Positions 1 through 10,392 are shown, numbered from the stretch's first letter. The stretch: DNA of 64,000 bases from an uncultured Candidatus Saccharibacteria bacterium (GCA_964592365.1 CAZQDL010000003.1:2186-66185); one strand, 5' to 3'. The notes: generated from the sequence alone by a model not told the origin. Program-made: numbers and translations.

Positions 1-10
1 TAAATAGAAA

Positions 11-48
11 ACACCTTGTTATATCCTTCTTAGTATAACAAGGTGTTC
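11..48 (-). terminator. hairpin (AACACCTTGTTATA...TATAACAAGGTGTT) overlapping the last codons of the methyltransferase gene; possible intrinsic terminator
   Basis: 14-bp inverted repeat with a 10-nt loop; on the - strand it is followed by a U-rich stretch. Confidence 0.35.
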
Positions 49-1356
49 AATATGAGGAGTGGATGGGAAAAGGTTGTATGCCTTAGAAAAGAGAAGCGTA
101 TATCCATCATTAACTTTTTGAATATCTTCATACTGCGTTAGTGGATTACATGATATATATACTATGTATTTAGGTTTCCTATTCTGAAGAACTTCTATTA
201 CCTTCTTGGTTAATCCACTTCTTGGAGGATCAACAACAACTACACTTTCAGTATTAATATCATCTAATGCGTCATCAACAGAACATTCATGACAGGTAAA
301 GTTTTTAATTTCATTTGCACGTGCATTATCTTCGCTATACAGCTTACTTAATTTACTATGCTCTACAGCAACAACCCTAGCTACTATATTAGCTAGTGAA
401 AGACCAATAACTCCAACCCCTGAAAAGAGATCAATCAATGTTCTTTCAGGCATATTTTCCTCCATATCAAGAATGGAATAAATATCTGAAGTAATGCTTT
501 CAAATGCTTCAGGATATATTTGAAAGAAAGAAGATGGGTGATATGAAAAAAACATTGAATCAATTTTTTCAGTAATGTTGATCTCACCTAAGTGATAGTA
601 GTCTTGTGTGCTTAATGTTGATCGGGTATCAGCAGGTGACTGTGAGACAAGAATACCTGAAATAAAGGAATGATTTAGAAATATATTTTCAAGCGCTGAT
701 TTTTTCCAAGGTATTAGCTTTCTTGTAGTTGATGGTACTAAAATCTGTACCGAAACAGTATCAGAAAAATATGAATAGCGAATAATTAAATAATTAATTT
801 CTATTGATGATATTTTTTGCTGTCTAAAAAAGTTAAGAAAAACATTTGCTGCTTTGGTAATTTTAGGATGTACAAGAATATTCTCTTCTTGAACATACGT
901 TGAGCCACCATCTTTCCCTCGCTTGTAATGAGCGAAATTAAGGATTCCTTTAGTCGTAGTAAAAGAATATGATCCTTTGTTTCGATAGTTTGTTCTTAAT
1001 GTCGGATGAGGTTCAATTTCTTTTGTTTGTGGAAACAATGCATTCACTAAATCCCTTTTTATCATCTGCTCTGATTCTGAAGATAGATAGAGCCAAGGAG
1101 CATGTGAGATATAAAAGGGTGGGGTAGTTGGTGTATATGAACGATGAGGTGATGCTATTTGAATGTGATTGAGTTCTGCATATGAAATGCCATATGCCTT
1201 TTTGTATATCGAAGCATCAACAACATCACCGGTATATGCTCCTAATATATGAATATCGTCTCCTTCATGTTGTGCGATGCCGTGACCATGTATACTCATT
1301 TTTTCAATACTGAGATTGCTTACTTTCATACCAGAAGTATATATGAGAAATATCAT
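19..1356 (-). CDS. RNA (uracil-5)-methyltransferase, RumA/TrmA family (TRAM-like N-terminus + class I SAM MTase)
   Basis: 445-aa ORF; SAM-binding motif DLFSGVGVIGLSLA; catalytic-region motif VVVVDPPRSG; ISCNP near the C-terminus; no Fe-S cysteine cluster; alternative start M10 (1329). Confidence 0.7.
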   Translation of the reverse strand: MIFLIYTSGMKVSNLSIEKMSIHGHGIAQHEGDDIHILGAYTGDVVDASIYKKAYGISYAELNHIQIASPHRSYTPTTPPFYISHAPWLYLSSESEQMIKRDLVNALFPQTKEIEPHPTLRTNYRNKGSYSFTTTKGILNFAHYKRGKDGGSTYVQEENILVHPKITKAANVFLNFFRQQKISSIEINYLIIRYSYFSDTVSVQILVPSTTRKLIPWKKSALENIFLNHSFISGILVSQSPADTRSTLSTQDYYHLGEINITEKIDSMFFSYHPSSFFQIYPEAFESITSDIYSILDMEENMPERTLIDLFSGVGVIGLSLANIVARVVAVEHSKLSKLYSEDNARANEIKNFTCHECSVDDALDDINTESVVVVDPPRSGLTKKVIEVLQNRKPKYIVYISCNPLTQYEDIQKVNDGYTLLFSKAYNLFPSTPHIEHLVILRRI

Positions 1357-1361
1357 ATGTC

Positions 1362-1389
1362 TTGCTTCTGAGGATAAGCTACGTATACT
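1362..1389 (+). promoter_or_regulatory. candidate sigma70-type promoter TTGCTT-16-TATACT; the leuS ATG lies about 7 nt downstream (possibly leaderless)
   Basis: hexamers read directly; -10 ends at 1389 and the leuS ATG is at 1396. Confidence 0.3.
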
Positions 1390-1395
1390 AAAAGT

Positions 1396-3783
1396 ATGTC
1401 ATCTACACATTTTAATGCCAAAGAAATAGAAGAAAAATGGCAGAAGTACTGGGAGGATAATGAAATATATAAGGTAAATAATGTTCATCCAGAAAAAGAA
1501 AATAAATATATTCTGAGTGAATTTTCATATCCTTCAGGTAATCTCCATGTTGGTCACTGGTATTCTTTTGCATTACCAGACATGTATGCACGATACATGA
1601 GAATGAAAGGATACAATGTTCTGTACCCAACTGGGTTTGATGCTTTTGGACTTCCAGCAGAAAATGCTGCGATAAAATTAGGAAAGGATCCAAAAGAGTG
1701 GACCTGGAGTCACATGGAACTAATGCGAAAGCAACTAAAAAGCATGGGTGCAAGTTTTGATTGGTCACGAGAAATTGTTACAGCAAGTCCTTCATACTTC
1801 AAATGGACACAGTGGATGTTTAATACCTTCTTCAAAAATGATTTAGTATATCGAGATATTACAAAAGTAAATTGGTGTCAGAAGGATAAAACGATTCTTG
1901 CAAATGAACAGGTAGTTCATGGTAACTGTGAACGTTGTGGATCTGTGGTTGTTCAAAAGGACATGCCACAGTGGATGATTAGAATTAGTAACTTTGCTGA
2001 TTCTCTTGTTAGTGACTTAGATAATTTAGATTGGAATGAAGCGATAAAACAATCACAACGTGAATGGATTGGAAAAAAAGAAGGATATACTGTTTCCTTT
2101 GATATCAATCATGGGAACGAAATGGTAGGTAATGCTCCTGCTTTTACCACACGAATTGATACCATTTATGGAGTTTCATATCTTGTTTGTGCACCTGAAC
2201 ATAATCTTGTTCAAACATTATTACCATACCTTGAGAATGGTAGTGAAGTACTTTCATATATTCAAGAAGTACAAAAGAAATCTGATCTAGATAGACAGCA
2301 AACTAAGGAAAAAACAGGAGTGGTGTTACAAGGAGTACATGCCGTACATCCTTTAACTAAAGAAAGCATTCAATTATGGATTGCAGATTACGTTCTTGCT
2401 CACTTTGGAACAGGAATTGTAATGGCAGTTCCTGCTCATGATGAGAGAGATTATGAATTTGCTCAAAAATATAGTCTTGAGATTATTCCTGTTATTGATT
2501 CTTCCCAAAACCTTCCCTATACAGAAATGGGAAATCTTATTAACTCAGGTGAATATACAGGTAGTTCTTCTTCAGAGGCAATGCTTCGTATTGCACAGAA
2601 ACTTCAGTTAGCAAAAACAACAACATATCGTCTGAAAGATTGGGGTATTTCAAGACAGCGATATTGGGGATGTCCTATCCCTATCGTCTATGATCCTGAA
2701 GGAAAAGCACATGCTATTCCTGATGAATATCTACCATGGGAACTTCCAACTGACGTTGATCATACTCCTGATGGTACGGCACCACTTTCTCGATCTTTGG
2801 AATTAAAAGAAAGAACAGAGCGTATTTTTGGTAAGGGGTGGGTACCTGAAGTTGATACAATGGATGCTTTTGTGGACTCATCTTGGTACTTCTATCGGTA
2901 TTTAGATCCACAAAATGATATTCAATTTGCATCAAAAGAAGCAATGAAAGCTTGGACACCAGTTGATACCTATTTTGGTGGGGCTGAACATACTACCATG
3001 CACCTTCTGTATAGTAGGTTTTGGACAAAAGCACTCCATTTTCTTGGATTAGTACATGAATCTGAACCATATGTAAACAGGTATAATCGAGGATTAATTC
3101 TTGGTCCTGATGGTTCAAAAATGTCTAAGTCAAAAGGGAACGTAGTAGATCCAGATGAAATTGTTTCATACGTTGGAGCTGATACTGTGCGATGTTATCT
3201 TGCATTTATTGGTCCTTTTAATGAACCAGGAAATTATCCATGGGATCCTAATGGTGTTGTAGGTATCAAGAGATTTCTTGAACGTTCATATCGATTGAAG
3301 GATAAGATTACTACAGAATCTTCATCTACCTTAAATTCAGAACTCCATAAATTGATTTACAAGGTGGGTACTGACATTCCAAGATTAAAGTACAATACAG
3401 CAATATCTGCTTTGATGGTATTTGTTAATCTAGCGGAAAAGGAAGATATATCACAACAGGATTATTTGATATTCGTCCAACTCCTTGCTCCTTTTGCACC
3501 TCACCTTGCTGAAGAATTATGGTTTTCATTAGGTAAGGTTGATTCAGTTCATCTTTCTTTATGGCCATCATATGATGAGGCAATGCTTACTGATGATGTT
3601 GTAAATATGGCAATACAGGTAAATGGAAAGGTACGTACCATATTATCTGTACCATCTGATATTTCAGAAGAAACACTACGTGAAATGGTTATGAGTAACC
3701 CTGATATTCAAAAATGGATTTCAGGGAAAGTAATACAAAAGTTTATCTATATCCCAGGGCGAATTACAAATATTGTTGTATAG
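1396..3783 (+). CDS. leuS: leucyl-tRNA synthetase
   Basis: 795 aa; HIGH-type motif HVGH; KMSKS motif; editing and anticodon-binding regions typical of LeuRS. Confidence 0.95.
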   Translation: MSSTHFNAKEIEEKWQKYWEDNEIYKVNNVHPEKENKYILSEFSYPSGNLHVGHWYSFALPDMYARYMRMKGYNVLYPTGFDAFGLPAENAAIKLGKDPKEWTWSHMELMRKQLKSMGASFDWSREIVTASPSYFKWTQWMFNTFFKNDLVYRDITKVNWCQKDKTILANEQVVHGNCERCGSVVVQKDMPQWMIRISNFADSLVSDLDNLDWNEAIKQSQREWIGKKEGYTVSFDINHGNEMVGNAPAFTTRIDTIYGVSYLVCAPEHNLVQTLLPYLENGSEVLSYIQEVQKKSDLDRQQTKEKTGVVLQGVHAVHPLTKESIQLWIADYVLAHFGTGIVMAVPAHDERDYEFAQKYSLEIIPVIDSSQNLPYTEMGNLINSGEYTGSSSSEAMLRIAQKLQLAKTTTYRLKDWGISRQRYWGCPIPIVYDPEGKAHAIPDEYLPWELPTDVDHTPDGTAPLSRSLELKERTERIFGKGWVPEVDTMDAFVDSSWYFYRYLDPQNDIQFASKEAMKAWTPVDTYFGGAEHTTMHLLYSRFWTKALHFLGLVHESEPYVNRYNRGLILGPDGSKMSKSKGNVVDPDEIVSYVGADTVRCYLAFIGPFNEPGNYPWDPNGVVGIKRFLERSYRLKDKITTESSSTLNSELHKLIYKVGTDIPRLKYNTAISALMVFVNLAEKEDISQQDYLIFVQLLAPFAPHLAEELWFSLGKVDSVHLSLWPSYDEAMLTDDVVNMAIQVNGKVRTILSVPSDISEETLREMVMSNPDIQKWISGKVIQKFIYIPGRITNIVV

Positions 3784-3790
3784 ATATATT

Positions 3791-3826
3791 AAAAAAAGTG
3801 AGTGGAATACACTCACTTTTTTTATT
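3791..3826 (+). terminator. rho-independent terminator after leuS
   Basis: AGTGAGTG-GAATAC-ACTCACT hairpin followed by T7. Confidence 0.8.
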
Positions 3827-3855
3827 TAACAAGGTGCGTTACACTAGACACAATA

Positions 3856-5532
3856 ATGGATCGATTTTTCAGATTATTTAATAAGGAATTTTCAAAAATC
3901 TCTGAGGCAGCAATTGTCTTAGGAACTTTTACCTTTTTCTCTCAGATTCTTGCTATTGTTAGAGATCGATTACTTGCAGGTCAAATAGGACCAGGAGATC
4001 TTCTTGATGTGTATTATGCTGCTTTTAGAATTCCTGATTTACTTTTTACCTTAGGAGCTGCTCTTGTATCAGTTTCCATTTTACTTCCATTTTTCGATAC
4101 CCAACTTCAAATAGGAAAAGAAAAAGCTCGGTCATTTATTAATGATGTATTCACAAGTTTTTTTGGTTTTATCGTAGTGTTGGCAATCTTACTTTGGATT
4201 GCTATGCCGTATATAATTCCAGAATTATTCTCTGGGTTCAATGAAGTAATGCTTGCTGATACTATTTATCTTTCACGCATTATGCTCTTGTCACCAATAC
4301 TTCTTGGTATTTCAAATCTCTTTGCAACCATTACTCAGGCTTACAAGAAATTTTTTGTCTATGCTTTAGCTCCAGTGTTTTATAATATTGGGATTATTAT
4401 CGGAGTTGTATGGCTGTATCCTGAATTTGGAATTCCAGGTTTTGCTTATGGGGTTGTTATCGGAGCATTGCTACACATGGCAATACAAGTTCCTGTGGTT
4501 ATTTCACAAGGATTTCTCCCTAAACTTAGTTCATCAATTGATTGGAACCATATCTGGCAAGTACTTAAAAATTCACTTCCTCGAACACTTACTCTTTCAA
4601 TGTCGAAAATTGTTTTCTTGATTTTTGTGTCACTTGCTTCAGGACTAGCAACAGGTGCAATTTCTGTTTTTAATCTTGCATACAATTTGCAATCAGTACC
4701 CCTTGCACTTATTGGGGTTTCCTATTCAGTAGCAGCTTTTCCAACACTTGTTCAGTATTATAACAGTGAAAATTTTCATGAATTTATGCAACATGTAATG
4801 ATTCCAATTCGTCAGATTATTTTTTGGTCATTACCGGTAATTTCTCTTTTTATCGTACTTCGAGCACAGATTGTTAGAGTAATCTTAGGAACAGGGAACT
4901 TTGATTGGTCAGACACTAGATTAACCGCAGCAGCCTTAGCTATGTTTATCATTTCAGTAGTTGCTCAAAGCATTACCTTATTAATTGTACGCGCATACTA
5001 TGCCGCAGGAAAAACATGGAAACCTTTGTTGATAACAATATCATCATCGGTATTTTCTGTGTTAGGTGCGTATTCTTTGGTAAGTTTCTATCAACAAAAT
5101 GAACTATTTCAATGGTTCTTTGAATATCTTCTTCGTGTACAAGGAGTGCCTGGTTCTGTGGTAATTATGCTACCTTTTGCATTCTCAATTGGAATGTTTA
5201 TCAACCTTTTGTTCCTGTGGCTTGCGTTTAAGAAAGATTTTAATTATCAACCTATCTATCAAATTTCAACTACGGTACGTCAATCATTAACAGCATCTTT
5301 GTTGATAGGTATATCAGCATATTTTTCACTTCAGATTTTCGATCCTTTCTTTCGAGATGATAAGGTATTGGATGTATTGGGACATGCCGGAATATCAGGG
5401 GTACTAGGTGTTCTTATTGGAATTTGCTATTTGCTTCTTATTAAGAACCAAGAGATTATGCTACTTGTAGGTCTTATGAAGAGAAAATTTGGTACTGTTC
5501 ATCTAAGAGGGCAAGGTGATATTGGATTATAA
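3856..5532 (+). CDS. murJ: lipid II flippase MurJ/MviN
   Basis: polytopic membrane protein; conserved N-terminal MviN block (IVRDRLLAGQIGPGDLLDVYYAAFRIPDLLF); start moved to MDRFF because the ORF-track start overlaps the leuS terminator. Confidence 0.85.
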   Translation: MDRFFRLFNKEFSKISEAAIVLGTFTFFSQILAIVRDRLLAGQIGPGDLLDVYYAAFRIPDLLFTLGAALVSVSILLPFFDTQLQIGKEKARSFINDVFTSFFGFIVVLAILLWIAMPYIIPELFSGFNEVMLADTIYLSRIMLLSPILLGISNLFATITQAYKKFFVYALAPVFYNIGIIIGVVWLYPEFGIPGFAYGVVIGALLHMAIQVPVVISQGFLPKLSSSIDWNHIWQVLKNSLPRTLTLSMSKIVFLIFVSLASGLATGAISVFNLAYNLQSVPLALIGVSYSVAAFPTLVQYYNSENFHEFMQHVMIPIRQIIFWSLPVISLFIVLRAQIVRVILGTGNFDWSDTRLTAAALAMFIISVVAQSITLLIVRAYYAAGKTWKPLLITISSSVFSVLGAYSLVSFYQQNELFQWFFEYLLRVQGVPGSVVIMLPFAFSIGMFINLLFLWLAFKKDFNYQPIYQISTTVRQSLTASLLIGISAYFSLQIFDPFFRDDKVLDVLGHAGISGVLGVLIGICYLLLIKNQEIMLLVGLMKRKFGTVHLRGQGDIGL

Positions 5533-5566
5533 TCTTTGCAGTTTATAACTTTCTGGTAACATACAA

Positions 5567-7366
5567 GTGACTATGAACCTCTCTCATATTAGAAATTTTT
5601 CAATCATTGCCCATATTGATCATGGTAAATCTACTCTTGCAGATAGAATGCTTGAAATTACCAAAACTATTCCTGAACGTAACATGCGAAATCAGATGCT
5701 TGATACCATGGAGTTAGAGCAAGAACGGGGAATTACCATCAAAATGCAACCAGTTCGCATGGAGCATGAATATATGGGAAATACCTATATCTTAAACCTG
5801 ATTGATACTCCAGGACACATTGATTTTTCATATGAGGTATCACGAGCATTAAAAGCTGTTGAAGGTTCAATTCTTTTGGTTGACGCAACACAGGGTATTC
5901 AAGCTCAAACTTTTACCACACTTGAAATGGCACAGAATGCAGGACTTAAAATTATCCCTGCACTTTCAAAAGTTGATTCACCACTAGCAAGAGTAGATGA
6001 AGTTTGTCAGGAAGTAATGAAACTGTTGAGTTGTAACAAGGAAGATATTTTACTTGTTTCTGGAAAAACTGGTGAGGGAGTAAAAAGTCTTTTGGATCAT
6101 GTAATTGAAACTATCCCAGAGCCAAAAGAGATTGAAGTTGATACTGATAGTTTTAGATCCTTGGTATTTGATTTTGAATATTCAAATCATAAGGGGGTAA
6201 TTATATATATCAGAGTGACTGATGGTGTGGTAAAGAAGGGGGATCAAATGTTTTTCAAGGTATCTGGAAGAAAATTCTTTGCACTTGAGGTAGGAGTGTT
6301 TAAACCTAATGCACACCCAACTGATGAGCTGAAAGCAGGGGAAATTGGATACATCGTAACGGGTATTAAGGAGGCACGAGTTGCAAAGGTTGGGGACACC
6401 GTTACTTTATTCAAAAAACCACTTGATACTCTCTTGGGATACCAAGAGCCGAGCCCTGTTGTATGGGCTTCAGTATATCCAGAAGAAACAGATGATTTTG
6501 AATTACTTAAGTCTGCGTTAGGAAAACTACAGTTGTCTGATTCTTCATTTAGTTTTGAAGAGGAAACTTCAGGAAGTCTAGGTAGAGGATTTAGATGTGG
6601 TTTTTTGGGAATGCTTCACCTTGAAATTATTTCAGAGAGATTACGAAGAGAGTTTCATCTTGAATTAATTATCACCATGCCTTCAGTTACCTATGAGGTA
6701 ATGAAGAAAAATGAAGAGATGGTTACCGTGTATTCAGCTGCACTATTCCCAGACTATGGTGATGTTGCTCTTGTTGAAGAACCATGGGTTGAGATTAAAA
6801 TCATTAGCCCTGGAGAATATTTAGGTAATATTATGCAACTTCTGTTTGAACATGAGGGTGAGGTCTTAGAGACTATTACTTTCTCAGATGAAAGAACACA
6901 GTTGGTAGTTATGATGCCACTTCGTGAACTTATGAGAAATTTCTTTGATAATTTGAAGTCAGTATCTTCAGGATTCGCATCAATTTCATATGAAATTAAG
7001 GAGATGCGAAGTGCTGATGTTACCCGTCTTGATATTCTTGTTGCAGAAGAACCTGTTGCAGCATTTTCAAGAATCGTTTCTTTGCGAAGAGTTGAGGAGG
7101 AAGGTGAGAAATCGGTTGAAAAACTATATGAATCACTTCCTAAGCAAATGTTCGTAGTGAAGATTCAAGCAAAAGCTTTAGGAAGGATTATTTCATCTCG
7201 AACTCTCAAAGCAATGAGAAAAGATGTTACCGCTAAATTATATGGTGGAGACATCACAAGAAAGATGAAGCTTCGAGAAAAACAAAAGAAGGGTAAAAAG
7301 AAAATGGCTGAAATTGGAAAAGTTACCATTCCACATAATGTGTTTCTAAAGATGATGAAGAAATAG
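5567..7366 (+). CDS. lepA: translation elongation factor 4 (LepA)
   Basis: G1 motif AHIDHGKST; DTPGHIDF; LepA-specific C-terminal domain; 599 aa. Confidence 0.95.
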   Translation: MTMNLSHIRNFSIIAHIDHGKSTLADRMLEITKTIPERNMRNQMLDTMELEQERGITIKMQPVRMEHEYMGNTYILNLIDTPGHIDFSYEVSRALKAVEGSILLVDATQGIQAQTFTTLEMAQNAGLKIIPALSKVDSPLARVDEVCQEVMKLLSCNKEDILLVSGKTGEGVKSLLDHVIETIPEPKEIEVDTDSFRSLVFDFEYSNHKGVIIYIRVTDGVVKKGDQMFFKVSGRKFFALEVGVFKPNAHPTDELKAGEIGYIVTGIKEARVAKVGDTVTLFKKPLDTLLGYQEPSPVVWASVYPEETDDFELLKSALGKLQLSDSSFSFEEETSGSLGRGFRCGFLGMLHLEIISERLRREFHLELIITMPSVTYEVMKKNEEMVTVYSAALFPDYGDVALVEEPWVEIKIISPGEYLGNIMQLLFEHEGEVLETITFSDERTQLVVMMPLRELMRNFFDNLKSVSSGFASISYEIKEMRSADVTRLDILVAEEPVAAFSRIVSLRRVEEEGEKSVEKLYESLPKQMFVVKIQAKALGRIISSRTLKAMRKDVTAKLYGGDITRKMKLREKQKKGKKKMAEIGKVTIPHNVFLKMMKK

Positions 7367-7368
7367 CA

Positions 7369-7395
7369 AAAAGAGGATTTCCACCCTCTTTTTTG
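7369..7395 (+). terminator. rho-independent terminator after lepA
   Basis: AAGAGG...CCTCTT hairpin plus T-run. Confidence 0.7.
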
Positions 7396-7419
7396 TATGT
7401 GGTATACTCATGCCATATG

Positions 7420-7971
7420 AAAGCTATTATTGGAATAACCGGGTTAAATGGAGCAGGGAAGAGTACCCTAGCTGAATATTTAAAAGATCACAAAGGATTT
7501 ACTCACTTGAGTTTCAGAGCATTTATCACCAAAGAACTTGAAAAAAGATCACTACCTCCTATTCGTGAAAACATGAGAAGTGTTGCAAATGAAATACGAA
7601 TGAAGCACGGTTCTGGATATTTCTTTGAACAGATGAAAGAAATTTCAGATTCAAGTGATGTACCTATTGTCATTGAATCATTACGAACAGTGAATGAGGT
7701 ACATCATTTAAAGGAAATAGGTGGAATCCTTATCGCAACAACTGCTCCTATCGAAGAGAGGTATATGCGTGTGGTAAAGCGTGGTTCATCAACAGACATG
7801 GTGAGTTTTGATGAGTTTAGTGATCTTGAATACAAAGAATCAATATCAGAGAATCCTGATATCCAGAATCTTCCAAAAGTGGTAGCAATGGCTGATTATC
7901 AAATTGAAAACATTAATCTTGATGATTTTCTTGTGAAGGTAGATTTAGTTCTTCAAGAAATTTTAGAGTAA
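7420..7971 (+). CDS. P-loop nucleotide kinase-like protein (dephospho-CoA kinase / dNMP kinase-like)
   Basis: Walker A IGITGLNGAGKST at the N-terminus; about 180 aa; family not resolvable by eye. Confidence 0.5.
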   Translation, partial: KAIIGITGLNGAGKSTLAEYLKDHKGFTHLSFRAFITKELEKRSLPPIRENMRSVANEIRMKHGSGYFFEQMKEISDSSDVPIVIESLRTVNEVHHLKEIGGILIATTAPIEERYMRVVKRGSSTDMVSFDEFSDLEYKESISENPDIQNLPKVVAMADYQIENINLDDFLVKVDLVLQEILE

Positions 7972-7998
7972 AAAAACTTCCTTGTGGAAGTTTTTTAA
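7972..7998. terminator. bidirectional hairpin terminator
   Basis: AACTTCC-TTGT-GGAAGTT flanked by an A-run and a T-run. Confidence 0.8.
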
Positions 7999-8099
7999 TA
8001 GGTGAAGAATGAGTACAACATGACCATACTCACTGAAACAAGGATTCCAACAACAATCATGAATCCTTTAATTCTTTTTCTTCCTTTTTTGCTAAACAT
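7995..8099 (-). CDS. candidate small membrane peptide (34 aa, MFSKKGRKRIKGFMIVVGILVSVSMVMLYSFFTY)
   Basis: ATG to TAA ORF not in the track; basic N-terminus plus a single TM helix; stop codon abuts the bidirectional terminator; no obvious SD. Confidence 0.25.
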   Translation of the reverse strand: MFSKKGRKRIKGFMIVVGILVSVSMVMLYSFFTY

Positions 8100-8161
8100 A
8101 TTCATACCAAATGAGTATACGATATTGCTTCAATTCTGAAAAGCAATATACTTTAGTTACT

Positions 8162-8455
8162 ATGGTACGAAAAAGGCATAAAAGAATAATGCATCATCCC
8201 TTGGTCCATTTTTTTATGTTTCTCGTACTTATCCTCCTTGTACGTTCAACATATCACTCATTTCAAAAGCGAAAGATATCCAATGAGGAGCAAAAAAGAT
8301 ATCAAGATGAGTACGAATACCTTTTAGAGAAAAAAACCTCTCTTGAGGCAAATATTGAGCGTTTAAAGACAGAAAGGGGTCGAGAGGAAGAATATCGAGA
8401 ACGATTCAATGTTGTACGAGAAGGAGAATCAGTAATTAGGATCATTGAAGAATAG
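8162..8455 (+). CDS. septum formation initiator, FtsB/DivIC-like
   Basis: short cytoplasmic tail, one TM helix, coiled coil and a C-terminal ...FNVVREGESVIRI motif resembling the FtsB/DivIC family. Confidence 0.6.
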   Translation: MVRKRHKRIMHHPLVHFFMFLVLILLVRSTYHSFQKRKISNEEQKRYQDEYEYLLEKKTSLEANIERLKTERGREEEYRERFNVVREGESVIRIIEE

Positions 8456-8513
8456 CCAAGTGAATGTCATATGATATACTTAACAGTATTACAAGATTAA
8501 TACTTTAAAAAAT

Positions 8514-8747
8514 ATGAAAGAAGTAAAAATTTATTCAACACCAAGTTGTCATTTCTGCCACATGGCTAAAGATTTCTTTTCAGATGAAGGTATTCAATAT
8601 ATTGAATATAACGTAGCTGAAGATCAAGAAAAAAGAGCTGAAATGGTAGAGAGAACAGGACAAATGGGAGTTCCTGTTATTGAAATCGGAGGTGAAATAG
8701 TAATTGGATTTAATGAATCAAAGATAAAAGAATTATTAAATGCATAA
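8514..8747 (+). CDS. glutaredoxin-like protein (NrdH/Grx family)
   Basis: 77 aa; CHFC redox motif near the N-terminus; thioredoxin-fold spacing. Confidence 0.7.
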   Translation: MKEVKIYSTPSCHFCHMAKDFFSDEGIQYIEYNVAEDQEKRAEMVERTGQMGVPVIEIGGEIVIGFNESKIKELLNA

Positions 8748-8751
8748 CATA

Positions 8752-8777
8752 AAAAGCACTTTATAGGTGCTTTTTAT
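8752..8777 (+). terminator. rho-independent terminator
   Basis: AAGCAC-TTTATAG-GTGCTT followed by TTTTT. Confidence 0.8.
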
Positions 8778-9004
8778 GTTGACCATTTAGAATATATTGC
8801 TATTATCATCATTAGAACATATTAATTTTATATATATTCGAGCAAGGAGTTCGTTTACTACACCGCATTCTTCTTTTTCTTTTCCTTGCTCGTTTTGAAT
8901 ATTCAGGCCCTTCATAGGGCAATCTATATATTCGAAACCCTCAACATACGTTGAGGGTTTTTCCATTGTAAATTTATCTTAGCTGATTATAATACCCAAG
9001 GTAT

Positions 9005-9076
9005 GTCCTCATAGTTCAATGGATAGAACGGAAACCTCCTAAGTTTCAGATCCAGGTTCGATTCCCGGTGTGGACA
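9005..9076 (+). tRNA. tRNA-Arg (anticodon CCT)
   Basis: cloverleaf folded by hand; D arm GTTC/GAAC; anticodon stem GAAAC/GTTTC with loop CTCCTAA; T-loop TTCGATT; one mismatch each in acceptor and T stems; no encoded CCA. Confidence 0.7.
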
Positions 9077-9366
9077 CAATAAAGAAATAATAAAGTCTCA
9101 CAGAATTGAGATTTTTATTTTGTATAAAATAATTTATACTCAAAAAATGAACAGGGATTATATTAATGCACAGTCAGAAAAATATAAATCACTTGAACCT
9201 TGTTATTTTTTGTATCATAATATATGTATTTAATTAATATTTATTTAGCTTGCAGGAGTTTTGAAGTATGTTATGATAATTATGAATTTGAGCACTTTAA
9301 AATTTAATTTATATATCGTGCAAAAATTCATTGGAAATCTATTTCCATGTTTGTATCATAATTTAA

Positions 9367-9392
9367 AGCGACTGTATTCCCAGTCGCTTTTT
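9367..9392 (+). terminator. orphan intrinsic terminator inside the AT-rich spacer
   Basis: GCGACTG-TATTCC-CAGTCGC followed by TTTT; no annotated gene upstream on this strand. Confidence 0.5.
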
Positions 9393-9858
9393 CTTTACTT
9401 AATGTCCTATCTGCAGATCCAAAACCTAAGTCAAATATGTCAATGAACTTTAATTCAAAGGATGTTTTTAAATTAAAACATCAAATTAATGATTAATATG
9501 ATGTAAAGATATAAAAATATTATAAATTTCATTGTATTACGATGAAAAAAAAATATTATTTTTATTTTGTGTTATAAAAATACTTTAGTAATTTGCGAAA
9601 AAGAAAAAAACAGGAAGTCCATTTTTTAAGTGTCATGGAGGAAAAAAGACAAAAAAATACTAAGAACAAGTCTTAGTATTTTTTAAATGCCTATTGCTAA
9701 CTTAAGAATTCATTAGTTAGGGAGGGACTTGCGTCCATAGGCATAATTATTTTATACACCATATTCAATATCTATGCAATATTAGTCGTCATTTACTCTA
9801 TTGTTTATTTCGCTAAAAACAGGTATCTTTCTTGTAAATAACAATTAAATAAAAAGAT

Positions 9859-10392
9859 ATGGTTGAAGAGAAAACTACCTTAGTTAGCGAAATAGGAGCT
9901 AATCTCCTTAAGAAAGAAATTGTATTCACGGTACCTGATTCATTTGATCATGAGAGTCAATTAGATCTGTTTCAGAAGAAAGTAGAAAATCTACCCACTA
10001 CTTACTTTTATAGTGAACACTTGAAGAGTAAGAACTTTTTAAAAGTAAGTGATAGGTTTATTCCTAAAAAAAGCTATAAAATCGAAATCTTAGAAATTAA
10101 AAAAGATGTAATAAGTGAAGCGTGTATTAATTTCCTTCTTTCACAAAATGCTCTTCTTGTTGGCGCGCAGGGTTTAACAATACTGTTTGAATACCATCCA
10201 GAGATATTTATCAAAGGAAAATTTATTGTTTCTTTTGATAGAAGAGAATCTCTTTACACGGACATTAGTGGTTCTATTTGGGTACCCTATGCAGAAAGGG
10301 ATTTGAATAACATGTATCAATTTGATGTAGGATACTTTGAAGGATTCTGGGATAATGAATTTACTATTCTATGTGTTACTGAATTAATGTAA
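9859..10392 (+). CDS. hypothetical protein (177 aa, no recognisable family)
   Basis: ORF followed by a strong terminator; first gene after the tRNA-Arg/AT-rich gap. Confidence 0.5.
   Translation: MVEEKTTLVSEIGANLLKKEIVFTVPDSFDHESQLDLFQKKVENLPTTYFYSEHLKSKNFLKVSDRFIPKKSYKIEILEIKKDVISEACINFLLSQNALLVGAQGLTILFEYHPEIFIKGKFIVSFDRRESLYTDISGSIWVPYAERDLNNMYQFDVGYFEGFWDNEFTILCVTELM

Noticed and set aside
1412-1768. Short antisense ORFs inside leuS, murJ, valS, priA-like, murE, murC, murD, ABC-F, prfB, ftsX, aspS, GH3 and others (e.g. 1412-1768, 2714-2959, 4388-4685, 15412-15893, 36076-36971, 47617-48153)
   Set aside because: All lie within confidently assigned genes on the opposite strand or in alternative frames and have low-complexity translations
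9261-9446. 61-aa ORF in the AT-rich spacer
   Set aside because: Reads straight through a strong terminator hairpin; hydrophobic low-complexity product of AT-rich DNA
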